Below are positions 43,709 through 52,079 of a stretch of DNA of 64,000 nt, piece by piece. Source of the DNA: Pseudomonadota bacterium (lineage in GTDB: Archaea; Thermoplasmatota; SW-10-69-26; JACQPN01; JAJPHT01); NCBI GenBank assembly GCA_021325135.1, contig JAJPHT010000026.1, forward strand, positions 32,001 through 96,000, read 5' to 3'. Position 1 is the first letter of the stretch. Each line of letters opens with the position of its first letter. The notes under the pieces were generated by a model that saw nothing but the letters and a program-made list of their open reading frames with translations, had not been told where the DNA came from and made no database searches. Both the position numbers and the translations under genes were made by a program.

Positions 43709-44464
43709 CTAAAGCTGTGCCCCTCTCGATCCGACGGCCACGTGGACCTCCACCGGGAAGGCGAGCCCGTGCGGGCCCGTCCAGGGCCGGAGCGCGTCGT
43801 CCACGTCGCGGAGCAGCCCCTCGCGCGCCTCGTCGATCGCCTCCGCCTCCGAGAGCGAGGAGCCCGCGACGTAGGCCTCGGCGAAGGCCGCGCCGCTGGC
43901 GAAGCGCGCCTCCCTGCGCAGCCGCTCCACGGTGACGCCCATCCCCGCCTTCTCGAAGAGGCCGCGCAGCCCCGCCTCGGTCTCCAGCGCGTCGTCGAAG
44001 CGCAGCGCGAGCCCTTGGCCCAGGCGCTTGCGCGCGGCCTCGTCCAGCGCGCGGAAGCCCGGGCTCTCCGCGAGGCCGGTCCACAGGAGGACGCCCACGC
44101 GCGGCGCGACGCGGGCCAGCTCCGCCACCGCCCGCGCCGGGTCCTCCGCGAAGGGGAGGCCGTGCTGGCAGAGCGCGACGTCGAACGCGCCGTCGTGGAA
44201 GGGCAGCCGCTCCACGTCGGCCAGCGTCCAGCGCGCGGAGGGGACGACGCCCCGCGCGAACGCGACCATGTCGTCCCAGCTGTCCGCGGCCACCACGCGG
44301 GCGCGCGGGAGGAGGCGCGCGAGGGCCCCGGTGCCCGCGGCGGCGTCCAGCACGCGCGCGCCGGGCGCGACCGGGACCCGCGATAGCAATTCCCGCGCGA
44401 GGGGGAGCATGAGCGCGGGGACGAGGCCGCGCTCGTAGCCTTGGGGGATGGGCGAGGTGGTCAC
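43709..44464 (-). CDS. UbiE-like SAM-dependent methyltransferase
   Basis: VLDAAAGTG, D.ERLPF.DGAFDVALCQHGL.F..DP; GTG overlaps upstream stop. Confidence 0.8.
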   Translation of the reverse strand: MTTSPIPQGYERGLVPALMLPLARELLSRVPVAPGARVLDAAAGTGALARLLPRARVVAADSWDDMVAFARGVVPSARWTLADVERLPFHDGAFDVALCQHGLPFAEDPARAVAELARVAPRVGVLLWTGLAESPGFRALDEAARKRLGQGLALRFDDALETEAGLRGLFEKAGMGVTVERLRREARFASGAAFAEAYVAGSSLSEAEAIDEAREGLLRDVDDALRPWTGPHGLAFPVEVHVAVGSRGAQL

Positions 44465-44784
44465 GCGGCCCACTCCAGCGCCCACTCGTAGCTCTCCCGC
44501 AGCCAGGCCATGAGCTGCGAGTCCACGTCGCCGGGGGCCTCCACGACGACGCGGTGCGGGAGGAGGGGCATGCGCGCGGCGCGGGCGTCGAGGATGCGGT
44601 CGTGGTCGGCGCGGCCCACCTTGCGGAACCCCACGTCGACGCGCCGCGCCAGGGGGCGCAGGACGGCGAAGGGCGCGCCGCCGCGGTGATAGCGCACGAA
44701 CCCGTTGCGCGTCTCCACCGTCACGTCGGGGCCGAAGCGGCGCAGCGTGCGGTCGAGGAACTCCGCGGCGGCTCGCGCGCTCAC
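44461..44784 (-). CDS. Small DUF5655-like protein
   Basis: FGPDV.VE....V.Y....FA.L.P...HRV.V....DVD.QL.AWLRESY. Confidence 0.6.
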   Translation of the reverse strand: MSARAAAEFLDRTLRRFGPDVTVETRNGFVRYHRGGAPFAVLRPLARRVDVGFRKVGRADHDRILDARAARMPLLPHRVVVEAPGDVDSQLMAWLRESYEWALEWAA

Positions 44785-44931
44785 GCCTCGGCAACGAAGG
44801 GCACCCGCTTCAAGGTCTCCGGTGGGACGATCTCCTCCCTTCCCCCGTTGGCGCCATGGCGCGGCGTCTTGGGAATCGTCGCGTCGTGGCGCCGTCGCGC
44901 CGTGGCGTCAAGTGGTGGCGAGAAGGCAGGC

Positions 44932-45174
44932 TCAGCACCCGGAGGCCATCATGGCCAGGGGCGACGCGGCGGCCTGGCCGTCGAGGTAGGCCTGGTTGGC
45001 CGTCGTCGTCTCGTGGAGGAGGAAGGCGCCCACGCAGGCCGAGAGGACGCCGAAGGCGAGCCAGACGGGGGGCGACGCGCACCGGGCGCGCAGCATGAGC
45101 GAGCCGCCCAGGAGGACGAGCACGTAGGCGAGGTCCAGGACGAGCCAGTCCCACGGCACGACGGGCCCGCACAT
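44932..45174 (-). CDS. Small two-TM protein; start uncertain
   Basis: Two hydrophobic helices; host codon bias. Confidence 0.45.
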   Translation of the reverse strand: MCGPVVPWDWLVLDLAYVLVLLGGSLMLRARCASPPVWLAFGVLSACVGAFLLHETTTANQAYLDGQAAASPLAMMASGC

Positions 45175-45278
45175 GACGACCGGCGCTGGGCGCTCCTCCC
45201 GGATGGCCCGATCGCCGGGGGACAAGGGGCCCTGGGGCCCGCGCAACCCTCATGCGGCGGCGGGGAATGGTCCGTGCG

Positions 45279-45587
45279 ATGCCGGCCGTCAAGGGGAACA
45301 GCCTGGGCGCGCGCATCCTGCTGCTCCTGGGCGAGCGATACCCCATCACCCTGCGGCAGGTGGCGCTGGCGCTCCAGACGCGGCCCGACGCCGTGGAGCG
45401 CGAGACGAAGCGCCTCCTCGCGCAGGGGCTCGTCGTCACGGAGCGGCTGGGCGAGGAGACGTACGTCGCGTTGAGCGGCGCGGGCGTCACGTACCTCGGG
45501 CTCCCCGCGAAGGAGGCGGAGCGCCTGAAGGGGCGCAAGCCCGCCCCCGCGAAGCCGCGCGACGAGGGCGACCCCGCGTTTGGCTAG
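45279..45587 (+). CDS. Small winged-helix DNA-binding protein
   Basis: ARILLLLGERYPITLRQVALAL....DAVERETKRL.AQGLV. Confidence 0.65.
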   Translation: MPAVKGNSLGARILLLLGERYPITLRQVALALQTRPDAVERETKRLLAQGLVVTERLGEETYVALSGAGVTYLGLPAKEAERLKGRKPAPAKPRDEGDPAFG

Positions 45588-45648
45588 CGCCTTCGGGGAA
45601 TGTACCAGAAACCCCCTTCTCTCCCGTCACGCGTGAGACTCGATCCTC

Positions 45649-46464
45649 GTGCCCGCTTCGTTCCGGCGCATCCTCCACATCGAAGACTCCGAGACCGACG
45701 CCTACATCGTGAAGCGCGCCTTCCGCGACCAGCCGGACGTCGAGATCGCCTGGGCCACGACGGGGAGCCAGGGGCTCCAGAAGCTCCTCGAAGGGAACTT
45801 CGACCTGGTGCTCCTGGACTACGCCCTGCCCGACATGACGGGCCTGGAGGTGCTGCTGCAGGTCGTGGAGAAGTCGCCCGGCACGCCGGTCGTCATCGTC
45901 TCGGGCTTCGGCAGCGAGTACGTCGCCGCGCGGGGCCTCCAGGTGGGCGCCATCGGCTACGTCAACAAGGACGCGCCCCACTTCCGCGAGGAGCTTCCCC
46001 GCACGCTGGAGCGCCTCCACGAGCAGAGCCGCTCGCAGCGCCGCGCGAAGGAGATCGAGGAGCGCATCCGCACGCGGCCCAACCTGCGCCACAGCATGGA
46101 GGACGTGCTGGGCACGCTGCGCGAGGCGCTCCCCGAGGCGCGCGGCACCTTCATCACCTCCTCCGACGGCCTGCCCCTCGCCCTCTCCAAGAGCGCCGAA
46201 GGCGGACGCGACATCGATCCGCTCTCGGCCATGGTGTGCGGCTCGGTGCTCCGCAACCTCGACATGATCGGCGGCAACCTGGACCTCGCGGAGCAGGAGA
46301 CGGGTGTTGTGCGTTACCGCGACGGCTCGCTGGTCTACCGGCGCGTCCCCGACGTGGGCAGCCTCGTCGTCGTCTTCGACCGCGAGGCCCACGCGCGGGA
46401 GGACCTGCGCGAGGTGGACGTCGCCGCGCGGGAGATCACGAGCCTCGTGAAGGACGTGGCCTGA
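45649..46464 (+). CDS. Response-regulator receiver domain fused to a roadblock/LC7 (MglB-like) domain
   Basis: ILHIED, DLVLLDYALPDMTG (phosphoacceptor Asp), VSGFG, YVNK; C-term ITSSDGLPLA...DPLSAM...VVRYRDGSLV. Confidence 0.85.
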   Translation: MPASFRRILHIEDSETDAYIVKRAFRDQPDVEIAWATTGSQGLQKLLEGNFDLVLLDYALPDMTGLEVLLQVVEKSPGTPVVIVSGFGSEYVAARGLQVGAIGYVNKDAPHFREELPRTLERLHEQSRSQRRAKEIEERIRTRPNLRHSMEDVLGTLREALPEARGTFITSSDGLPLALSKSAEGGRDIDPLSAMVCGSVLRNLDMIGGNLDLAEQETGVVRYRDGSLVYRRVPDVGSLVVVFDREAHAREDLREVDVAAREITSLVKDVA

Positions 46465-46477
46465 CCCAAACCCCCAA

Positions 46478-47338
46478 GTGCAGCATCCCTGGTTCCCCCG
46501 CGTGCTCCGCGCCCTGCTGCGCATGACGCGCCCCGGCAACGCCCTCGTCGCGGGCGCCGGCGCCTGGGCGGGCTCCCTGCTGGCGGGCGCGTCGCTTCTC
46601 CCGGCTTGGCGCGCGTGGCTCGCGATCCTCGCCTCGGTGGCCTTCGCCGCCGCGGGCAACCTCCGCAACGATGTGCTGGACGTGGAGATCGACCGCGTCG
46701 CGCACCCCGAGAGACCCCTCGTGCGCGGGGAGGCGACGCCGCGGGCGGCCAACGCGCTGGCCATCGCGCTCTACGCGGCCGCGCTGGCGTGCGGCCTCCT
46801 CGTGGGGCTCTGGGCGGGGCTCGTCGTGCTGGTGGCGCTTCCGCTGATGGAAGGGTACGAGCGCACGCTCAAGGCGCGGGGGTTGCCGGGGAACGTCGCC
46901 GTCGCGCTGCTGACGGGGGCTCCCTTCCTGGTGGGCGCGCTGGCCGCAGGGGGCATCCGCGCGCCCGCGCTGGCGGTGGCCGGGCTCGCCGCGCTGGCGA
47001 CGCTGGCGCGGGAGGTGCTCAAGGACGTGGAGGACGTGGACGCGGACCGCCCGCACCGCTGGACGCTCCCCATGCGCGTCGGGGCGCAGAGCGCGTGCGC
47101 GCTCGCGGCCGCGGCCCTCGTCGCGACGACGCTGCTCTCGCCCCTGCCGTGGCTTCAAGGAAACGTTTTAGGGTGGGCCTATGTTCCGGCGGTCGGCCTG
47201 GCCGACCTGGCCTTCCTCGCCGCCGCGTGGACGGGCTTCTCGCGACCGGGCCGCGGACAGCGCCTCGCGAAGGCCGGCATGGTGCTGGCGCTTCTCGCCC
47301 TCGTCGCGGGCCGGGCGCAGGCGGGTGGACTGGCGTGA
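46478..47338 (+). CDS. Digeranylgeranylglyceryl phosphate synthase (UbiA family)
   Basis: RP.N, GN..ND..D.EIDR..HP.RP..RG, LK..G..GN, REVLKDVED..AD; coupled to GGGP synthase. Confidence 0.88.
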   Translation: MQHPWFPRVLRALLRMTRPGNALVAGAGAWAGSLLAGASLLPAWRAWLAILASVAFAAAGNLRNDVLDVEIDRVAHPERPLVRGEATPRAANALAIALYAAALACGLLVGLWAGLVVLVALPLMEGYERTLKARGLPGNVAVALLTGAPFLVGALAAGGIRAPALAVAGLAALATLAREVLKDVEDVDADRPHRWTLPMRVGAQSACALAAAALVATTLLSPLPWLQGNVLGWAYVPAVGLADLAFLAAAWTGFSRPGRGQRLAKAGMVLALLALVAGRAQAGGLA

Positions 47339-48090
47339 GCGGGCGCGTGTGGAAGACCATCCAGGATCGCCTCCAGGGCGGCCCCATCCACATGACGCTC
47401 CTGGACCCGGCCACCTCGCCGGGCCCCGTGGGCGAGAGCATCGCCACCATCGCCGCCAACTACGGCACTGACGCCATCATGGTGGGCGGCTCCACCGACG
47501 TCTCCAGCGACAACCTCGACGAGCTGGTGCTCCACATCAAGGAGAAGACGCGCCTGCCCGTCATCTACTTCCCCAGCACCGCGGGCGCCATGAGCCCCCA
47601 CGTGGACGCCATCTACTTCCTCAGCGTCCTCAACTCCCGCGACCCGCGCATGATCGTGGGCGAGCAGGCCCGCGGCGCGCCGCTCCTGAAGGCGCTGGGC
47701 ACCGAGGCCATCCCCATGGGGTACGTCCTCGTCTCGCCCGGCATGAAGGTGGGCCAGGTGAGCCACGCCGACCTCATCACCCGCGACGCGGCCGGGGCCG
47801 AGCGCGCCGCCAACCTCGCCCTTGCCGCCCAGATGTTCGGCATGAAGCTGGTCTACCTGGAGTGCGGCAGCGGCTCCCCCGAGCCCTGCCCCGTGGAGAT
47901 CGTCCGCGCCGTCCGGCAGGTCCTGGACGTCCCCCTGGTGGTGGGCGGCGGCATCCGCACCGGCGCCCAGGCGGAGGCCCTCCTCGCCGCGGGGGCGGAC
48001 ATCCTGGTCACGGGCACCATCGCCGAGAACCGCCACTTCGACCGCCTGGCCGAGGTCGTGAAGGCCGTCAAGGGCGCCCGCAAGGCCTGA
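47335..48090 (+). CDS. Geranylgeranylglyceryl phosphate synthase (group II)
   Basis: HMTLLDP, GTDAIMVGGS, LSVLNSRDP, GMKLVYLECGSG, VGGGIR, AGAD..VTG. Confidence 0.92.
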   Translation: MSGRVWKTIQDRLQGGPIHMTLLDPATSPGPVGESIATIAANYGTDAIMVGGSTDVSSDNLDELVLHIKEKTRLPVIYFPSTAGAMSPHVDAIYFLSVLNSRDPRMIVGEQARGAPLLKALGTEAIPMGYVLVSPGMKVGQVSHADLITRDAAGAERAANLALAAQMFGMKLVYLECGSGSPEPCPVEIVRAVRQVLDVPLVVGGGIRTGAQAEALLAAGADILVTGTIAENRHFDRLAEVVKAVKGARKA

Positions 48091-48179
48091 AGACCGTCAA
48101 AACCCGGCCGATTTCATTTCAACGACGTTTCAACCGCCGGCCCACCATGCTTATATGTCGACCCCCCAGGTGGGAGGCC

Positions 48180-49820
48180 ATGCGAGCCGCAGCGATGCTG
48201 GTCCTCGTCGTCCTGGCCGTCGTGCCCCTGGCGGCCGCGGCGGCGCAGTTCGGGTCCGACAGCACGCTGGAGGCCAACGACCCCATCCTCCTGGACGGGC
48301 GCGCCGACTCCGCCTACGTCGCGGGCGTCGTGGGCTTCGTCTCCTCCAAGGCGGACACCCCCGTCTCCCTCCATCTCAAGGCCGACGAGGTCGGGCTCAA
48401 CGAGACCACCTACGATCCCGGAAGCTGCCCCTCCGGCACGCCCCTGGCCCAGCCCGCCTGCGTGGGCACGGCCCCCGCCTCAAAGACCGACACGCTGCGC
48501 GACGCCGTGCTCACCGTGGACGCCGCGTCCAGCGCGTACAAGGTGGCCGTCTCCAACAACCGCACCCAGGGCACGCCCTCCGCCAGCTTCGGCGCGCCGG
48601 GCAGCCTCGTCGCCACCACGGGCCCCTCCAGCGTGCTGGGCACCAACGCCGCGGCGGACCACCTCTCCCCCTACGAGGCGGACTGGTCCGGCAGCACCGC
48701 GCGCGCCCCCGGCGAGCCCTTCTACGCCGCGGACCCCGACGCGCCCAAGCTCTCCACCACCAGCGGCGGCTCCGTGAGCGCGGGGCAGGGCCTCCGCGTG
48801 CTCCTCCAAGGCGTCAAGGTCCACGTCACGGGCACCTCGGCCGCGGGCCAGCGCGTGGACGAGACGCTGGACCTCGCCTCCTCCGACTCCAAGGTCCACT
48901 TCCTCGTGGTCGACGCCAGCGGCGCGGACCTCGCCGCGCAGAGCAGCGCGCCCTTCACGGGCTACGGCCTCGCCATCGCGGACGTGCACGGCTCGGCGCA
49001 GCTCACCAAGGTCTCTGGCCACGCCACCGTGGACGGCCACCCCGTGGACTACAACACCAACAGCGACGCCGTCCTCCCCGGCCCCATCTCGCTTGGCATC
49101 GTGAAGGTCAAGCCCGGCGACACGGCGCGCATCGTCTTCACCCTCAGCAGCACGCTGCGCGTGATCGCGCCCCACCCCGACGCCACGCGCCAGAACACTG
49201 CTGCGCTCGTCGCCGCGGGCGCGGGCGGCGCGGCGGGCGCCGGCCTCCTGGCGGGCCTGATCTACTTCTGGCCCCGCCTGCGCTTCGCGCTCACGGCGCT
49301 CATGCTCCCCCTCTACAGCCGCATCGAGCGCACCGAGGTCCTGGAGCACACGAAGCGCGACGAGATCTACGAGCTCATCCGCGCGACGCCGGGCATCCAC
49401 GCCCACGAGATCGGCGAGAAGGCCCTCATCGGCTGGGGCACCACGGTCTACCACCTCAAGCTCCTGGAGAGCCACGGCCTCGTCGTGTCCAAGAAGAGCG
49501 GCCGCTACAAGCGCTTCTTCGTGAACACCGGCGAGTACACCAAGAAGAAGGACGTGTACGGCGCGCTGCGCAACGAGACCGCCAAGCGCGTCGCCGAGTT
49601 CATCGTCGAGCACCCCGGCAGCAGCCAGAAGGAGCTGTGCGCCGCCGTGGGCATCCAGCCCTCGCTGGCCTCGTGGCACGTCGAGAAGCTGGAGGGCGTC
49701 GGCCTCGTGAAGCGCGTGAAGGACGGCCGCCAGGTGCGCTACTTCGCGGGCCCCGCCTGGGGCGACCTCAACGTGCAGGTGACGCCCTCAGGCGGCGCGG
49801 ACACGCCGGCGGAGACGTAG
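48180..49820 (+). CDS. Membrane-anchored regulator: signal peptide, ~320-aa extracellular domain, TM, tandem cytoplasmic wHTH
   Basis: MRAAAMLVLVVLAVVPLAAAA; TM GLLAGLIYFW; PLYSRI...KRDEIYELIRATPGI...TTVYHL..L; second wHTH ...SLASWHVEKL; CTTATAT box about 30 nt upstream. Confidence 0.88.
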   Translation: MRAAAMLVLVVLAVVPLAAAAAQFGSDSTLEANDPILLDGRADSAYVAGVVGFVSSKADTPVSLHLKADEVGLNETTYDPGSCPSGTPLAQPACVGTAPASKTDTLRDAVLTVDAASSAYKVAVSNNRTQGTPSASFGAPGSLVATTGPSSVLGTNAAADHLSPYEADWSGSTARAPGEPFYAADPDAPKLSTTSGGSVSAGQGLRVLLQGVKVHVTGTSAAGQRVDETLDLASSDSKVHFLVVDASGADLAAQSSAPFTGYGLAIADVHGSAQLTKVSGHATVDGHPVDYNTNSDAVLPGPISLGIVKVKPGDTARIVFTLSSTLRVIAPHPDATRQNTAALVAAGAGGAAGAGLLAGLIYFWPRLRFALTALMLPLYSRIERTEVLEHTKRDEIYELIRATPGIHAHEIGEKALIGWGTTVYHLKLLESHGLVVSKKSGRYKRFFVNTGEYTKKKDVYGALRNETAKRVAEFIVEHPGSSQKELCAAVGIQPSLASWHVEKLEGVGLVKRVKDGRQVRYFAGPAWGDLNVQVTPSGGADTPAET

Positions 49821-49898
49821 CGCCGGGAGCAGCCCGGGACATCGCCTCGGCTGCGCCCCCGCCACGTTGAATCCAGGAGCGCCGCATCCGCGCCTCGC

Positions 49899-50081
49899 AT
49901 GCGCGCCACCCTCCTCCTCGTCGCCCTCCTCGCCGCCACCGCCCTGGCGCCCCTCGCCGCGGCGGACATCGTGATCGAGTTCCCCTTCTGCGGCCCCGAC
50001 GGGCCCCAGGACTGCGGCTGCCACGACGTGACGGTGCCCTTCCCCAAGGAGATCGACCCCGTCCACTGCCAGTGGGTCTGA
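49899..50081 (+). CDS. Secreted 4-Cys micropeptide, paralog 1 (60 aa)
   Basis: Signal peptide then DIVIEFPFC-x7-CGC-x15-C. Confidence 0.75.
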   Translation: MRATLLLVALLAATALAPLAAADIVIEFPFCGPDGPQDCGCHDVTVPFPKEIDPVHCQWV

Positions 50082-50089
50082 GCCGCGCC

Positions 50090-50272
50090 TCAGCGCACGA
50101 AGTTCTCGCGGTGCTTCGAGCGCCGCGTCTGCGCGTCCGCCCTCGGGGGGCGCGGCTCCAGCCATCCGGCCTCGCTGCCCACCACCGACTCGTCGCGCTC
50201 CTTGAGCACGCGCATGCGGAACTCGCGCATCGCCTCGTTGGACGTCACGGCGGGGTTCTTGCGGCCAGACAT
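50090..50272 (-). CDS. Small basic cytoplasmic hypothetical protein (60 aa)
   Basis: MSGRKNPAVTSNEAMREFRMR...; purine-rich SD-like stretch upstream. Confidence 0.45.
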   Translation of the reverse strand: MSGRKNPAVTSNEAMREFRMRVLKERDESVVGSEAGWLEPRPPRADAQTRRSKHRENFVR

Positions 50273-50420
50273 GCCGCTTCCCTTGGCGGCACGGGCAGAT
50301 GAACCGCGCGCCCTTTCCGAGCCCCCGATTGACTCGGCGCGGCGCGCCCGCACCGATTCGAGCAGCGCGCAGGATGCAGGGGCGGAACCGCGATTCGCCG
50401 CGCGCTGCGTGGGGAGCCCC

Positions 50421-50609
50421 ATGGCCCGCGCCATCCTGCTCGCCATGCTGATCCTGGCCATCCCGCTCACCACCGCGACCCTCGCGGCGGCGGACGTCAA
50501 CGCCAGCGTGCCCGTGTGCGACGGCGAGGGCCACTGCAAGTGCCAGCGCATCCACGTCTCCGAGCCCGTCGCTCTCGCCGACCCCACGAACTGCAACTTC
50601 TCCGGGTGA
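50421..50609 (+). CDS. Secreted 4-Cys micropeptide, paralog 2 (62 aa)
   Basis: Signal peptide then DVNASVPVC-x5-CKC-x16-C; GGGGAG SD. Confidence 0.75.
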   Translation: MARAILLAMLILAIPLTTATLAAADVNASVPVCDGEGHCKCQRIHVSEPVALADPTNCNFSG

Positions 50610-50615
50610 TCCCTG

Positions 50616-50798
50616 ATGTCCCGCGTCCTGCTCCTCGTCGCCCTCTGCGCCTTCGCCGCCGTCGCCCTCGCCCCCGCCGCCTCGGCGGACGTCACCGTGG
50701 GCGTCCCCGTCTGCAACGTCAAGAGCAACATCTGCGTCTGCGTGGTCGAGCACGTCCCCGCGCCCGTGGACGAGCGCGCCGGCTGCCCGCCCTTCTGA
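50616..50798 (+). CDS. Secreted 4-Cys micropeptide, paralog 3 (60 aa)
   Basis: Signal peptide then DVTVGVPVC-x6-CVC-x14-C; GGTGA SD overlaps the upstream stop. Confidence 0.78.
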   Translation: MSRVLLLVALCAFAAVALAPAASADVTVGVPVCNVKSNICVCVVEHVPAPVDERAGCPPF

Positions 50799-51227
50799 TC
50801 AGCGGAAGTCGCCAATGCCCCAGAAGGGGCCCACGGTGGCGGCGCCCACGTCCTTGCCGTCGGTCCAGTACGGGACGTAGTGCCCGTTGTTGTAGAGGTA
50901 GAGCTTGCACGTCCCGTCGGGGTACGTCTGCACCAGGGCGGCCTGCCCCAGCTTGGGCGCGTAGAGGGGCTTGCCCGCGGCGCAGCCCACGAACGCGCTG
51001 GGCAGGTCCACGGTCCACTCGCCCGAGCCGCCGCCCAGCGCGAGCGTGCCCGACTCGGTGGTGTGCGCCACGGTGACCTCGCCAAGGCCCAGGTCGGGCG
51101 GCGGGGTGACGTTGGGCAGGGTCCACGTCCACGTCCCCGTGAGGGCGCTGGTGGACGCGTTGGCGGGCGATCCCGCGACGGCCAGGGCCGCGCCGAAGAG
51201 AAGCAGGGCTGGTACCAGGATGCGCAA
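50799..51227 (-). CDS. Secreted beta-rich hypothetical protein (alternative start 51269)
   Basis: TTG after GGGAGGGG SD; signal peptide RILVPALLLFGAALAVAGSPANA; 2 Cys. Confidence 0.6.
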   Translation of the reverse strand: MRILVPALLLFGAALAVAGSPANASTSALTGTWTWTLPNVTPPPDLGLGEVTVAHTTESGTLALGGGSGEWTVDLPSAFVGCAAGKPLYAPKLGQAALVQTYPDGTCKLYLYNNGHYVPYWTDGKDVGAATVGPFWGIGDFR

Positions 51228-51313
51228 GCGCGTTTCCCCTCCCGCAGCGGGAAGGGTGCGCGCCGGCATTCCCCTTCGCGTGTCCCCTTGGCGACGACAC
51301 GTCTCGCGAGACC

Positions 51314-51961
51314 CTATGCGCCCACCGAGGGGACGCCGAGGCCGGGCAGCGCCTGGGAGAGGCCGTTGAGGATGAACTGCACCGCGACGGCCGCCAGGAG
51401 CAGGCCCATGACGCGGGTGAAGACCTGGAGGCCGCTGCGGCCCATGAAGCGGAAGAGGCGCTCGCCCGCGATGAGGAGGACCACCGCGATGGCGAAGGTC
51501 ACGAGGACGGCGCCGTAGATGACCGCGCGGTCCAGCCCCTCGGGGTGGCTCGCGACGAGGATCATCACGGTGGTGATGGCGCCGGGGCCCGTGAGCAGCG
51601 GCACGCCCAGGGGCGTGATGCCGATGCTCTCGCGCTCCAGGGCGTCGGCGATCTCCTGGTCGTTGCTGTCGGCCTTGGGGCGCTCGCCCTGGAGCATGTC
51701 GAAGGCGACCTTGAAGATCAGGATGCCCCCCGCGATGCGGAAGGCGGGGATGGTGATGCTGAACACGGCGAAGATGACCTGCCCCGCGAGCCCGAAGAGG
51801 ATGAGCAGCCCCGCGCCCACGAGGACGGCCTTGGCGATGACGCGGCGCCGCATGGCGGCGTCGTAGCCCCCGGTGAGGGCGAGGAAGGTGGGGATGACGC
51901 CGATGGGGTTGACGATGGCGAAGATGCTCACCTGGATCGCCAGGAGCGTCGCCCAGTCCAC
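51314..51961 (-). CDS. MarC-family membrane protein
   Basis: FAIVNPIG.IP.F, FRIAGG, PLGVPLLTGPGAIT, RVMGLLLAAVAVQFI. Confidence 0.9.
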   Translation of the reverse strand: MDWATLLAIQVSIFAIVNPIGVIPTFLALTGGYDAAMRRRVIAKAVLVGAGLLILFGLAGQVIFAVFSITIPAFRIAGGILIFKVAFDMLQGERPKADSNDQEIADALERESIGITPLGVPLLTGPGAITTVMILVASHPEGLDRAVIYGAVLVTFAIAVVLLIAGERLFRFMGRSGLQVFTRVMGLLLAAVAVQFILNGLSQALPGLGVPSVGA

Positions 51962-52079
51962 GGGCGGAAGCGAGCCCCCGACGGAGAAGAACGTTTCGGA
52001 GAACGCCGGGCGTCACCCCTTGGAGGCACGGCTCGCCTTTATAACCCGGAAGGGGGGTCGAGCGCCGGAGGCTTCCCCG

